In this document: piece after piece, positions 14,850 to 30,869 of the stretch
Numbering within the stretch: position 1 is the stretch's first letter
Layout: every line of letters begins with the position of its first letter
Source: the human T2T-CHM13v2.0 reference genome, Homo sapiens
Reading direction: 5' to 3' (one strand)
Length of the DNA: 64,000 bases
Assembly: GCF_009914755.1 (NCBI RefSeq)
Contig: NC_060947.1
The notes under the pieces: model-generated
Seen by the model: only the letters and a program-made list of their open reading frames with translations
What the model was told of the DNA's origin: nothing
The model's database searches: none
Program-made: the position numbers and the translations under genes

Positions 14850-16400
14850 GATTGTTGTAATGACTATACATAAAAGGTGCAAATATATTGAAAACCATCG
14901 AATTCTACACTTTAATGGGTAAATTTGATATCTAAATTATATCTCAATAAAGCCAGTTGCCAAAAACAATTTATTCATGAATGTTAATTGGAACATTATA
15001 TGTAATAGCCAAAAGTGGACCAGCCCAACAGATAAATAAAATATCCTACATCTACATAATGGAACATTATTCAGCTATAAAAACTGAAATTTTGGGATGG
15101 GCATGGTGACTCATGCCTGTAATCCCAGCACTTTGGGAGGCTGAAGCAGTTGGATCACCTGAGGTCAGGAGTTCGAGACCAGCCTGGCCAACATGGCAAA
15201 ACCCTGTCTCTACTAAAAATACAAATATTAACTGAGCATGGTGGCACACGCCTGTAATCCCAGCTACTAGTAGGACTGAGGCAAAAGGATTGCTTGAGCC
15301 TGGGAAACAGAGCGAGACTCCATCCCCCACCCCCAAAAAAAGAAATTTTAATATATGTTGTAAAATTGATGAATCTCAGAAACATTATGTTTAGTAAAAA
15401 AAAAGCCAGACACAAAATACCACTTATTGTATGATTCCATTGACATAAAATATCCCATAAAGGCAAATCTAGGGACACAGATTAAATGCAAATGAAATCT
15501 AGGTATCTTATTGGGAATAGGAAAATGTTCTACGATGTGATTAGGGTGATGTGAATAGGCTTTGACACTATGTAACTTTTCTAAAAATTATTGTCCAAAC
15601 TATATAAAGAATACACAAATATTAAAACTAAATAATAGAGACAAATAACACAATTTAAAATGGGCAAAGGATCCATGTAGATATTGTCCAAGAAGATATA
15701 CAAAGAGGTACTACTTTATACCCACTGAGACAGCTGATATCCAAAGACTGACAATAACAAATGCTGGTGCGGATGCTGTGAAATAGAAATTCTCATTCAT
15801 TGCTGGTACAATGGTGCAACCAATTTGAAACAGTACTGCAGTCTTTCAAAATGTTAAACATAGAGTTACCTTATAACACAGCAATTCCACTTCTAGGTAT
15901 AAACTCAAGAGAAATAAAAACACATGTCAGACAAAAATTTAAAAAAGAATGTTTATACCAACATTATCCATAGTAAACAAAAAGTAGAAACAGCTCAAAT
16001 TTCCATCAGCCAGTGAATGGATAAACAACTTGTAGTATATCCATACAGTGGAATAAGAAACAAAGTAATGATCTGTGCTACAACATGGATGAAATAAAAA
16101 AAACATTTTGCTAAGTGAAAAAAGCAAAACACAAAAGTTTATATACTGTATGATTGCACGTATAAGAAATCCTAGAAAAGGAAAAGCTATGGAAAAGCTA
16201 TGGAGACAGACAGCCAATGATTAGTCGTTATTGGGCACTGGTGAAGAAAAAGATTGACTGTAAATAGAAAAGAACTTTTGGGGTGTTTTAAATCTGGTTA
16301 TGGTGGTGGTTGCACAATTATATATATTTACCAGAACTCATTAATATATACATAAAATAAGTGGGTTTATTGTTTGTAAATTATACCTCAATACAGTTGT
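14850..16400 (+). mobile_element. Old L1M (MB/MC/ME-like) 3' fragments
   Basis: Diverged L1M 3'UTR motifs (gcaattccacttctaggtata; aaattatacctcaata; atggatgaa...tgctaagtgaaa). Confidence 0.65.
15095..15341 (+). mobile_element. AluS with an internal deletion in the right arm
   Basis: Alu left arm is intact; the right arm jumps from cttgagcctggga to aacagagcgagactcc. Confidence 0.9.
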
Positions 16401-17212
16401 AAAACAAAAGTTTGTGGTCATAATATGAAATTATTTTTGTAGTGTTGTTACACAGGATTTATAACCTAAAAGGTTTAGGGATTTTTCCAGATTAAAAGAC
16501 ACCAAGAAGATATGACAGGTATTTGAAATATATGATCATGAAAAGTATAAAGAAACTGTTATCAATATTATTTTCAGGTCAATTCAAAAAAATAAAATAC
16601 CATTGGTAATATAAAGTGTTAAATGTCCTAAAGTTGAAAACTGAACTGTGCTTATTATATAATTGACTGCCCCTGTTTTTGAAAATAATAAAATTATTTA
16701 AAAGTTACTATGAAGTATGTAACTTAACCTCAAATGGTTCAGCAAAGATAGATAGATGATAGACAAAGAGAGAGATATAGCAATATGTAAATAGAGAGTA
16801 ATAAACAAATGTGGCAAGCTCTTAATCAGTCTGAACAAAGAGAATATAGGAGTTATTTGTACTATTCTGGCATCTTTTCTATAATATTTACATTACTTAT
16901 AAATAATAATAAATAAAAAGTGTATGAAAATGGAATGTGTAATGACAAACTGGAAAAGGTCTTACAATAGAGAATTTATGTTGAGAAAGCACAATTGCTA
17001 AAAATGCATGGAAATGCTTAATCTCACTGTTAATTAAAGATATGCAAATTAAAACAAAGAACATGAATTTATTTTTACCAAACACACAAAGATATTTTAA
17101 AAATAATAATCACGAATGCCAGCAAGGATAAAATGATCACATTCATACACCAATGGTGGAAGTAAATAGTTAATTGTTTCGAAATATACATTCCATAAAG
17201 ATGGGAATTTTT

Positions 17213-17298
17213 GTTTATTTTGTCCACTTCTATATCTCTAGGGGTTACAGCAGTTCCTAGCAAGTGACAGGGACTCCATAAATATTTGTTGAATAAAT
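17213..17298 (+). mobile_element. L2 3' end fragment
   Basis: cagttcctagcaagtgacagggactccataaatatttgttgaataaat. Confidence 0.55.
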
Positions 17299-18240
17299 TA
17301 ATAGTTTTTTCACAAGTCAACGGATCAAGTAAAAAAATAAGAATAAAAAGGACTTCAATAAAATAATTAACAACCCTGGTTTAATAGCTACATGGAGATC
17401 TTGGTACTAAATAAAAAGAATGCAAATTGTTTTCATACAAACATGATATAGTCATAAAAATAACTATGAATTAGGCAACAAAAAATGTATGTGTATGTGT
17501 GCATTATGTATCTGTGTATGAATGCATAGAAAAACATAAAAATACACATTGAACTATTGAACAATCAATACTGCTTGCCTGGATGGGGGTATGGAGAAAT
17601 GGGTTTGGTGAAGGAGAAACTTTCTTTTATGATTTATTCCCTAGCTTTATATTTTTCTGAATTATTTGAATTTTTTAGAAGAAGCATGTTTCCATGTATA
17701 ATTGTACAATTAGAAGCACAAACAAGAAAATAGAGGAACACAAAAAGAGCCAGAAGGAAATATACCAATATTTCATAATAATGAGATTTGAGATCATTGA
17801 TAATTTTTGTCTTCTTGTTTTCTTTTTGCTTTTATATATTGTCCAATGTTCCAACAATAACCATGTATTACTTAAAAACATTTCCATAAAGTGTATAATG
17901 GATTACAACATGTTAACCATTCCATTATATGAGGAAGTTAATGAGCCTTTATTTTCCTCACTCATTGTTAAATCACTTTCTCGTCACTATGAGGAAAATA
18001 GAAACTACTAGAAATATGTTTAAAAAGAAATATTCTGCAATCACATGGAACAAGTGGTGAAACATTACTGGAGAATATAAAGAAGTTAAATCAATAAAAG
18101 AACAAGCTACATTCTTGAATCAGAAAACTAATTATTTGGAAGATGTTACTTCTCAAATTAATATATAGATTTCAAACAACGTGAGTTTTAAAAATCCTTA
18201 ATGAGGGAAGGGTTGGAAAAGTAATTCAAAATTTAATCTG

Positions 18241-18283
18241 GCATTCCAGCCTGGGTGACAGAGGGAGACTCTCTCTCAAAAAC
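18241..18283 (+). mobile_element. Alu 3' fragment
   Basis: gcattccagcctgggtgacagagggagactctctctcaaaaa. Confidence 0.75.
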
Positions 18284-18744
18284 AATTTTTTTTTATCTGG
18301 ACAAATATAAATAGTAACAATAATTTACAAAAATGATAGATATGCATTATCTTAAAAATTTTAACTGAATTATTTTAAAGGATATTAAGAAAAGTATTTA
18401 TTGAGATACAGAGGGTCATAATATTAATTTAATTAAAAATTAGAAAGCAAAATCAGACAAAACATATAATTTTAACCTCAAAATGTCCCACCAAAACACC
18501 AGCATAGAATGGGGAGACATATCAAAATTTTAATAGTGGTAGCCTCTGAATGTTGCTATCTCTTTTACAACATTTCTGAAATTTCTAATTTTTTAAATGA
18601 GATGTATTATGTTTATTATGGCAAAAAATTATCTTTTAAAACTCCCAACAGAAAAATGAACAATAGAAATAAAAATATAAATTAGAGGGGAAAAAAGCCA
18701 ATAAAAACGTGTAAAGGTAAATTCAACCCAACAATTTTAAAATA

Positions 18745-18914
18745 CTTTTATTTATTTATTTATTTATTTTTTATTATACTTTAAGTTCTAGGGTACATGT
18801 GCACAAGGCGCAGGTTTGTTACATAGGTATACATGTGCCATGTTGGTTTGCTGCACCCATCAACTCGTCATTTTCATTAGGTATTTCTCCTAATGCAATC
18901 CCATCCCCAGCCCT
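18745..18914 (-). mobile_element. L1PA 3'-end fragment
   Basis: ttattatactttaagttctagggtacatgtgcacaaggcgcaggtttgttacatagg. Confidence 0.88.
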
Positions 18915-19474
18915 TAAAAGACCATTTTTTTTAAAAAAATTAATCTTTTTCATCTCACAATTTGGCAAACACATTTTAACAGCATATTTTTCAACGTAGG
19001 TTTCCAGCATTCAAGACAGCAGAAATACACCCACTCCTTTTTCATTCTTTTCTTTTTCTTTTCTTTTTTTTTTTTTAACACAAAGGGTGGAGGAGGACTT
19101 TTTTTTGTTTGTTTCTTTGTTTTTTGGCGGGGGGGGGGGGGGCGGGGATGCTCTGCTGCCATCTACAGAAAAGTATGTAAAAAGCAACTAAGAAATTATT
19201 TCCTTAACCAAAGTCCACTGCAGCAGATATGCCCCAAATAAACAAGAAGTTGAAAATACTTGATATTTCTCTTGAGACTTTGGTTTCTCTGTAGCTACAG
19301 AAATAAAATGGAGGAAGCGGGTCAGAGGAAGATGGCTGAATAGAAGCCTCCACCATTCATCCACACTGATGGAACATCAAATTTAAAAACTGTCTACACA
19401 AAAATACACGTTCATAACAACAAAAATATCAGGTCCGAGCTCGGCCACAGTAGGATAGAGCACCAAGAGGTGGA

Positions 19475-19773
19475 AGCCGGACACAGTGACTCACTCTTGT
19501 AATTTCAGCACATTACGAGGCCGATCTGGGCAGATCAATTGAGCTTAGGAGTTAGAGACCAGCCTGGGCAACAGGGTGAAACCCTGTCTCTACAAAAAAT
19601 ATAAAAATTAGCCAGGCATGGTGGCACATGCCTGTAGTCCCAACTACTCATGAGGCTGAGGTGCGAGTATCATCTGAGCCTGGGGATTTTGAGGCTATGG
19701 TGAGCCATAATTGTGTCACTTCACTTCAGCCTGAGTGACAGAATGAGGCCCTATCTCAAAAAAAAAAAAAAAA
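19475..19773 (+). mobile_element. AluJ-like SINE
   Basis: Diverged dimeric Alu (attgagcttaggagttagagaccagcctgggcaac) with A tail. Confidence 0.88.
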
Positions 19774-21690
19774 GAGGGCCCTCCTCATCCCAAATTCCAG
19801 GACTTCACTCTTAAACTGCATTTCTAGACCTGCTCTGGGACAAAGAAGAGCCCACTGCCCTGAAGGGTAAGTCCCAAGGCTGGTAGCATTCACCATGAGG
19901 TCACTGAAGAGTTCTTGGGCCTTAAGTAAACATTGGTGGTAGCCTGGCAGTACTCTCCATGGGCCTGTGGTGGTGACAGCTATGAGGAGAGGCTCCTCTG
20001 TCTGTGCAAAAAAAAAAAAAGGGAAAGTGAGAAGGACTTTATCTCATGGTTTGAGTGCCAGGTTAGCCACAGTAGAATAGAGCACCAGATTAATTTCTAA
20101 GGTTTTTGACTCAAGGCCTTGGCTCCCAGTCCGCATCTTAGGACCCAGTAGAGGCCTGGGAGAACTCACTACCTTGAAAAGAAAAACACAAACCTGGGTG
20201 TCCTCATCACCTACTCATTGTAGAGGTCCGGAGCCTTGAGCAAACATAAGCGGTAGCCTGGCAGTGGCTACAGCAGGCCTTGGGCAAGTGCAATACTGGC
20301 TTCAGTTCTGACCCAGTGTTTTCCTACTGGTGGTGGCCACAGATATGCTTGTGTCACCCCTCACCCAACTCCAAATAGCTCAGCAGAGAGAGAAACACAC
20401 TACATTTGTTTGGAAGAAAGTAAGGGATGAGAACAAAAGTCTCTGCCTGATACTCCAGAAAATTCTTCCAGATCTTATGGAAGACCACCAAAGTGATACC
20501 TCTACAAGTCTGCAAAAACCACAGTGTTACTGGGCTTGGGCTTGCCCCTAATGCAGATACATCTTAGATCACAACATCCAAGTCCCTTCAAATACCTGGC
20601 AAACCTTCCCAAGAAGGATGGTACAAAGAAACCCAGTTAGGTATAAGAAATACCTAACTCTTCAATGCCCAGACACAGATGAATATCTACAAGCATCAAG
20701 ATTATCCAGGAAAACATTACTTCACCAAATCAATCAAATACAGCACTGGAGACCAGTCCTAAAGAAATAGGGTTATGTGACTTTTCAGACAGAGTAATCA
20801 AAACAGCTGTTTTGAGAGAATTCAAATAAATTCAAGATAACACAGAGAAGAAAATGTAAAAAAGAAATTGAAATAGTAAAAAACATATTCTGGAGTTGAA
20901 AAACGCAAATGAGAAAGAATGCATCAGAATTTCTTAAGAGAATTCGTCAAGCAGAAGAAAGAATTAGTGAGCTTGAAGACAGGCCATTTAAAAATACACA
21001 GTCAGAGGAGGCAAAGAAAAAAGAATTAAAAAAAATAAAGCATGCCTACAGAATCTAGTAAATAACCCCCAAACAGCAAATCTAAGAGTCATTGGCCTTA
21101 AAAAGGAGGTAGAGGAGATAAGAGTAGAGCGTTTATTCAAAGGGATATCAGAGAACTTCCTAAACCTAGAGAAAGATATCAATATTCAAGTACAAGAAGG
21201 TTATAAACACCAAGAAGATTTAATCCAAAGAAGACTACCAAAGGCATTTAATAATCAAACTCCCAAAGGTTAAAAGTAAGAAAGAATCATAAAAGCAATA
21301 CGAGAAAAGAAACAAATAAGATGAAATGGAGCTCCAATACATCTGACAGCAGACTTTTCAGAGGAAATCTTACAGGACAGGAGATAGTGGCATTACATAC
21401 TTGAAGGGCTAAAGGAAAAAACCCTTATATTCTTGAATAGTATATCTGGCAAAAATGACCTTCAAACATGAAGGACAAATAAAGACTTTTCCAGACAAAC
21501 AAAAGCTGAGGGATTTCATCAATATCAGAACTACCCTACAAGAAATGCTGAAAGGAGTTATTTAGTGAGAAAGAAAAGGCCATTGGTGAGAAAAAAAGAA
21601 ATAATCTGAAGATATAAAACTCACTGATAACAGTAAGTACACAGAAAAACACAGAATATTGTAACACTGTAATTGTGGCATGCGAACTCA

Positions 21691-23519
<1,829 letters not shown>

Positions 23520-23632
23520 CTAAAAAATGAACCAATTGAAATAATAACTATAACTTTACAAAACATAATACAAAAAGATAGAAAAGAAACAACAAAAAGT
23601 TAAAAAGCATGGGGATTAAGTTAAAGTGTAGA

Positions 23633-23977
23633 GTTTTTTATTTTACTTTAAGTTCTGGGATACATATGCAGAATGTGAAGGTTTGTTTCATAGTTATACA
23701 TGTGCCATGATGGTTTGCTGCACCCATCAACCCATCATCTAGGTTTCAAGCCCCACATGCATTAGGTATTCAACCTAATGCTCTCCCTCCCCTTGCCCTC
23801 CACCCCTCGACAGGCCCCGGTGAATGATGTTCCCCTCCTTGTGTCCATGTATTCTCATTTTTCAACTCCCACTTATGAGTGAGAACATGTGGTGTTTGGT
23901 TTTCTGTTCCTGTGTTAGTTTGCTGAGAATGATGGCTTTCAACTTCATCCGTCTCCCTGCAAAGGACATGAACTCAT
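23633..23977 (-). mobile_element. L1PA (about PA7/8) 3'UTR fragment
   Basis: tactttaagttctgggatacatatgcagaatg...caaaggacatgaactca. Confidence 0.88.
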
Positions 23978-25769
23978 AAAATTTAGTTTTTATTAGTTGC
24001 ATTTTCACATGTTTATGTGTTTGTTTATGCAATTATTGCAAATTTTTATCAGTTTTTATAAATTGGTTTTAAGATAACATTTGGAAGCCTTATGATAAAC
24101 TATAATAATAATATAAAAAAACATACAAGGAAACCCAAAAAATAAAAAGAAATAAATTAAATCATACCATCAGAGAAAATCACCTTTACTTAAAGGAAGA
24201 CAGAAAGGAAGAAAAAGAAGATCACAAAGCAACCAGAAAATAAATAACAAAATGGCAGGAGTAGGTTCTTACTTATTATTAATAACGTTGGAGGTCAATG
24301 GACTAAACTCTCCAGTCAAAAGACATAGATGCCTTAACGGATTTTAAAAAAACACTCAACAATCTGTTGCCTACAGGAAAAACACTTTACCTGTGAAGAC
24401 ACACACAGACTTAAAAAAATAGAAAAACATATTTCATGCCAATAGAAACAAACAGAGAGTAGGAGTAGCTATACTTATATCAGACAAAATAGATTTCATG
24501 ATGAAAATTATAAGAAGAGATTAAAGAGATAATAATACCCATAACATTATCACTATATAATGATGAAAGGGTCAATTCAGCAACAGGATGTAGCAATTGT
24601 AAATATATGCACACCCAACACTCAAGTACCCAGATATATAATGCAAATGTGATTAGAGCTAAAGAAAGAGATTAACCCCAATACAATCATAGCTGGAGAC
24701 TTCATCACCTCACTTTCACCTTTGGACAGATCTGTCAAACAGAAAAACAGAGATATCAGATTGAATCTGCACTATATACTAAAAGGACCTAATAGATATT
24801 TACAGAACTTTTCACTCAACAGCCATAGAATACACATTATTCTCTTCAACACACGAATTATTCTTAAAGACAGACCGTATATTAGCTCACAAAACATGTC
24901 TTAAAACATTCAAAAAACTTTCAATAAAATCAAAAGTCTTCTCTGACAATGATGAAATAAAACTAAAAATAAAAAAGAAGACGAATTTTGAAAAAGATAC
25001 AAACAAATGGAAATTAAACAGTATTCTGAATGACCAGTGGGTCGGTGAAAAAATTAAGAAGGAAATTGAAAATTTTCTTGAAGCAAATAATAATGGAAAC
25101 ACAACATATCAAAACCTATGGGATACAGTGAAAGCAGTACAAAGAGGGAAGCTCCTATATAAAAAATTTTGAAAAACTTGAAATAAACAGCCTAATACAT
25201 CTTAAAGAATTAGAAAGGCAAGAGCAATCCAAACCCAAAATTGTAGAAGAAAAGAAATAATAATAAAGATAAGAGCAAAAATAAAATATAAATGAAGAAA
25301 ACAATAGAAAAAATCAATGAAAGAAAAAGTTGATTTTTTGAAACGTTAAACAAAATTGACAAAACTATAGCCACACTAAGAAAGAAAGAGAGAAGACGAA
25401 GAAATAAAATTGGAGATAAAACGGAGACATTACAACTGATACTCCAGCAATTCAAAGGACCATTAGTGGCTTCTATGAGCAACTATATTCCAATAAATTG
25501 GAAAATCTAGAGGATATTGATAAATACATAGGCACATACAACATACCAAGATCGAACCATGAATAAATTCAAAACCTGAACAAACCAATAACAAGTATCG
25601 AGAGAAAAGCCATAATAAAATGTCTCTCAGCAAAGAAAGTCTGGGATTCCATGGATTCACTGCTAAATTCTACCATACATTTAAAGAAGAAATTATACCA
25701 ATCCTACTCAAACTATTCTGAAAAATAGAGAAGGGACTACTTTCAAATTAATTCTATGAGGCCAGTGTT

Positions 25770-26096
25770 GTGGTTTTGTGTGTGTGTTGTTTTTGTTTGT
25801 TTGTTTGTTTGTTTTGAGACGCAGTCTTGCTCTGTCACCCATGCTGGAGTGCAATGGTGCGATCTCAGCTCACTGCAACATCTGCCTCCCAGGTCAAGCG
25901 ATTGTACTGCCTCAGCCTCCCCAGTAGCTGGAATTACAGGTGCACACCACCATGCCCAGCGAATTTTTCTATTTTTAGTAAAGACAGTGTTTTGCCATGT
26001 TGGCCAGGCTGGTTTCGAACTCTGACCTCTCAGCTGATCCCCCACCTAGGCCTCCCAAAGTGCTGGGATTATGGGAGTGATCCACTGCACCCGGCA
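25770..26096 (-). mobile_element. AluS SINE with (TTTG)n tail
   Basis: Antisense Alu flanked by ggccagtgtt / ggccagtatt. Confidence 0.9.
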
Positions 26097-28844
26097 AAGG
26101 CCAGTATTACTGTGATACCAAAACCAAGAAAAGACACATAATAAAAAGAAAACTACAGGCTAATATTACTGATGAATATTGATACAAAAAAATCCTCAAC
26201 AAAATACTAGCAAACTGAATTCAACAGCACATTAAAATGATTATTTATTATTACTGAGTGAGATGTATCCCAAGAATGCAAGCATGGTTCAACATACGCA
26301 AATCAATCAATGTGATATATCATGTCAGCCTAATGAAGGACAAAATTCATGGGATCATTTCAATTGATGCTGAAAGAGCATCAGCATCCCTTTATGATTT
26401 AAAAAACCCTCAGAAAACTGGGTATAGATGGAACGTGCCATAATAAAATAAAAACCATCTATAACAGACTATTATCATACTGAATGGGCAATAACTGAAA
26501 GCCTTTCCTGTAAGATCTAGAACAAGACAAGAATGACCACTTTAACCACTATTATTTACCACAGTACTGGAAGTCTCAGCTAGAGCAATCAGACAAGAGA
26601 AAGAAATAAAAGGCATCCAAATTGAAATGGAAGAAGTCAAAATATCCTCGTTTGCAGATGATATGATCTTATATTTGAAGAAACCTAAAGACTCCACCAA
26701 AAAGTAATCGTTCTGGTCCACAAACTCAGTAATGTTGCAGGATACAAAATCAACATATAAAAATCAGTAGCATTCCTATATGCCAACAGCAAACAATCTG
26801 AGTAAGAAATCAAGAAAAATTTACATTTACAATAGCTACAGAAAAAATTAGATACCTAGCAATAAACTTAACCAAAGAATTAAAAGTTTTCTATATTGAA
26901 AACTATAAAACACTGATGAAAGAAATTGAAGAGAATACAAAATAATAGAAAAAATATTCTATTCTTTATGTAATGGAAAAATCAATGTTGCCAAAATGTT
27001 CATACTACTCAAAGCAATCCACAGAGTCAGTGCAATCTCTATCAAAATACCAATGGCATTCTTCATAGATATAAAACAAAATAATTCTAAAATTTATATG
27101 AAACCATAAAAGACTTAGAATAGCCAAAGCAATTTTGACCAATCCTGAGCAAAAAGAACAAAACTGAAGGAATTACATTTCCTGACTTCAAATTATACTT
27201 CAAATTAACTTCAAATTAAACCATAACAGTATGTTACTGTCATAAAAACAGACACATAGACAAATGGAACAGAATATAGAACTCAGAAACAAATTTGTAC
27301 ATCTACAGTGAACTCATTTTCAATGAAGTTGCCAAGAACATACGTTGGGAAAAGAACAGTTTCTTCAATAATTAGTGCTGAGAAAACTGAATATCTATAT
27401 GTAGAAGAATAAAACTACACCCCTATCTCTCACCATATACAAAAATCAAATCCCAATGCATTGAAGACATAAATCTAAGACCTCAAACTATGAAAATATA
27501 CAAGAAAATACTGAGGAAGCTCTTAATGACATTGACCTGGGCAAAGATTTCTTGAATAGTACCCCACAAGCACACACAACCAAAGCAGAAATGAACAAAT
27601 AGAATCACACCAAGTTGAAAAGATTCTGCACGATGAGGCAAACAATCAACGAATTGAAAAGACAACCTTCAGAATGGGAGAAAATATTTGCAATCTACCC
27701 ATCTTACAAGGGATTAATAATGATAACATATAAGAAGCTAAAACAATTCTACAGAAAAAAATTAATAATCTGATTTTAAAATGGGCAAAAGATCTGAATA
27801 GGCATTTTTCAAACAAAGACATACAAATGGCAAACAAGTATATGAAAATGTGCTCAACATCATTAATCATCAGAGAAATGCAAATGAATCCTACAATGAG
27901 ATGCCACCTCACTCCAGTTAAAAAATGGCTTTCATCTAAAAGACAGGACAATAATAAATGCTGGTGAAGATATGCAGAAGAAAGAACCCTCATATACCAT
28001 TGGTGGGAATGTAAATTAATATATCCCCTATAGAGAAACACTTCGGAGGTTCCCAGAGCTATAATATAATCTAGGAATCCCAGTGCTATGTATATACCCA
28101 AAAGAAAGAAAGTTTGTTTATCAAAGGGATATCTACACTCCCATTTTTATTGGAGCATTATTTACAATACCCAAGATTTGGAAGCAACATAAGTGTTCAT
28201 AAATTTAAAAATTTGGTACATATAAACAATTCAGCCATGAAAAAGAAGGAGATTCTGTCATTTGCAACAACATGGATAGAACTGGAGGACATTATGTTAA
28301 ATAAAATAAGTCAGGAACAGAAAAAGAAACTTCACATGTTCTCACTTATTTGTTGGAGCTAAAAATTGAAACAATTGAACTCATGGAGATAGAAAATGGA
28401 TGGTTACTAGTGGCTGGGAAGGGTGTTTGGGTTGTGCAGCTGAAGTGGGGATGATTAATGGATACAAAAAGTAGTTAGAAAGAATAAATAAGACCTAGTA
28501 TTTTATAGCAAAACAGAGTGACTATGGTCAATAATAATTTAATTGTACATTTTAAAATAACTGAAAGAGTATAATTGGATATTTGTAACACAAAGGATAA
28601 ATTATTGAGGTAATAACCTATTTCTGCTGATGTTATTGTTACATATTGCATGCCTGTATCAAAATATTTCATGTGTCTCATAAATATATACACTTACTAT
28701 GTACCTACAAAAATTAAAAATAGAAACATTTAAAAATAAAATAAAATGGAGATGGTGAGGTAGGAGGTCTTAGACCTACATTGCAAATATTCAGTTCTCA
28801 AATTAATGCAGGATGGGTATTGATAAAAGTAGGAACAAGTCCAT

Positions 28845-30400
28845 AAAGAATATAAATCACCCCCTAGGCCATAAAACAAACTTCAATAATTTTAAAAGAA
28901 TTGAAATTATACAGAGTACATTGTCTAATCAGAATGGAATAAAACTAGAAAACAACAGATAGACAAAAAGAAAATCCCTGAGCACTTGGAAAATAGACAA
29001 CACACTTACAAATAGACATTTGATCCAATGGATCAAATAAAAAAATCTAAAAGGAAACAAAATATAAGTACAACTGAATGAAAATATAGATGCAACATAT
29101 CAAAATATATGGGATTCAGCTAAAGTCATTCTGAGAAGACAATTTACAGCACTAAATTCTTATATCAGTAAATAAGAAAGTTCTCAAATCTATAATCTCA
29201 GTGTCTAACTCCAGAAACTGGAAAATCAAGAGCACAATAAACACAAAGAAAGCAGAAGAAAGCAAATAAAGAGCAGAAATTTATAAAATTGAAAACAGAC
29301 TTAGCTGTAAAAAGATATGAAATACTGTCATTTGCAGCAACAGGGATAGAATTGAAGGTCATTATGTTACGTGAAATAAGCCAGGTGCAAAAAGAGAAAT
29401 GTCACATGTTTTTTTCTTATATGTGGGAGCTAAAAGATGTGTATCTCATGGGGATAGAGAGTAGAATGGTCATTACCAGAGGCTAGGAAGGGACGGACGG
29501 AAGAACAGATGAAGAGAAGTTGTTTAATGGGTTCAAAAATACAGTTACATAGAAGGAATATGTTCTGGTATTCAATTATATGGTAGGGAAAATATAGTTA
29601 ACAAGAATTTATCATATATTTCAAAATAGCTAGAAGAGAAGAATTGTAATGTTTCCAACAGAAAAGAAAAAGATAAATGTTTGAGTTGATGAATATTGCA
29701 GTTATCCAGATTTGATCATTAACACATTGTCTACAGGTTTCAAAATATCACATGTACTCCCAAAATACATACATCTATTATATGTCAATAAAAAGAAAAT
29801 ATAAAGAAAATCCATTTTAAAAGGCTACTGCTTCAAAAAGATGGTTTATATTTATAAATCTATTGCAAGACTGAAAAAAATTAAAAGAGAAAAGATAAAT
29901 TACCTTAGACATAATACAAAGGATATCACTATAGATATCACTATAGAACCATTATAAAGATAATAGAGGTAATACTATGATTAATTTTACACACAAAACT
30001 TGATAATTGAAAACAAATGAAATAATTCCTCAAAAACCACAAACCATAAAACTCAATAAAGATGAAACAGACAACTTGAATAGTTCAAAGAGTTAAAGGT
30101 AACCATTTCTCATGAAAACCATGTCTCACTAAATAGAGAATATTAATAAAGAGATAGAAAGTATAAAAAAGGAACCAAAAGGAAATTCTGGAACTTAAAA
30201 GTAGAGTAATTAAAATGAAAAGTACACTAGATGGCCTCAACAGTGGATTTGAGCCCCAGAACATGAATGAACCTTGAAACCCTTATGCTAAGTGAAAGAA
30301 ACAAGACATAAAAGGAAACAGCTTATAAGAGTCTATTTATATTATACATTCAGAAAAAAGCAAGTCCGTAGAGGCAGAAAGCAGACTGGTGGTTGATGGG
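28845..30400 (+). mobile_element. Old L1M fragments, with an L1MA 3' end at about 29300-29800
   Basis: ORF2 EN-region sequence (caacatatcaaaatatatgggattcagctaaag) followed by an L1MA 3'UTR (tgtcatttgcagcaacagggatagaattgaagg). Confidence 0.7.
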
Positions 30401-30432
30401 GGGTAGGGACAAAGAAGAATGAAGAATGACTA

Positions 30433-30866
30433 TGATATGAATTGGGTGTTTTGTCTCCTCCAAATCTCACATTGAAATGTGACCTCTAATGTTGGAGGAT
30501 CATGGGGAATCAATGTTTGAAACATGGGGGTGGATCCCCCATGAATGACTTACTGCCATCTCCTTGGTAAGGAGTGAGTTCTTGCTGTTAGTTCACATGA
30601 GATCTGGCTGTTTAAGAGTGTCTGACACCTCACCCTTCTCTTTCTTGCCCCCTCTCTCTTGTTCCTTCTCTTGCTATATGATGTTCTGGCTCTCCCTTCA
30701 CCTTCTGCCATGATTGTAATCTTCCTGAGTCCCTCATCAGAAGCTGAGGAGATGTTGGTGCCATGCTTGAACAGCCTGCAGAACTGTGAGTCAAAATAAA
30801 CCTCATTTCTTCATAAATCACCCAGCCTCAGGTATTGCCCTATAGCAATGCAAATAAACTAATACA
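30433..30866 (+). mobile_element. MST (MaLR) solo LTR
   Basis: TG...CA termini; ccaaatctcacattgaaatgtgacc; ccttctgccatgattgtaa; aataaacctc...ctaataca. Confidence 0.85.
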
Positions 30867-30869
30867 GAA

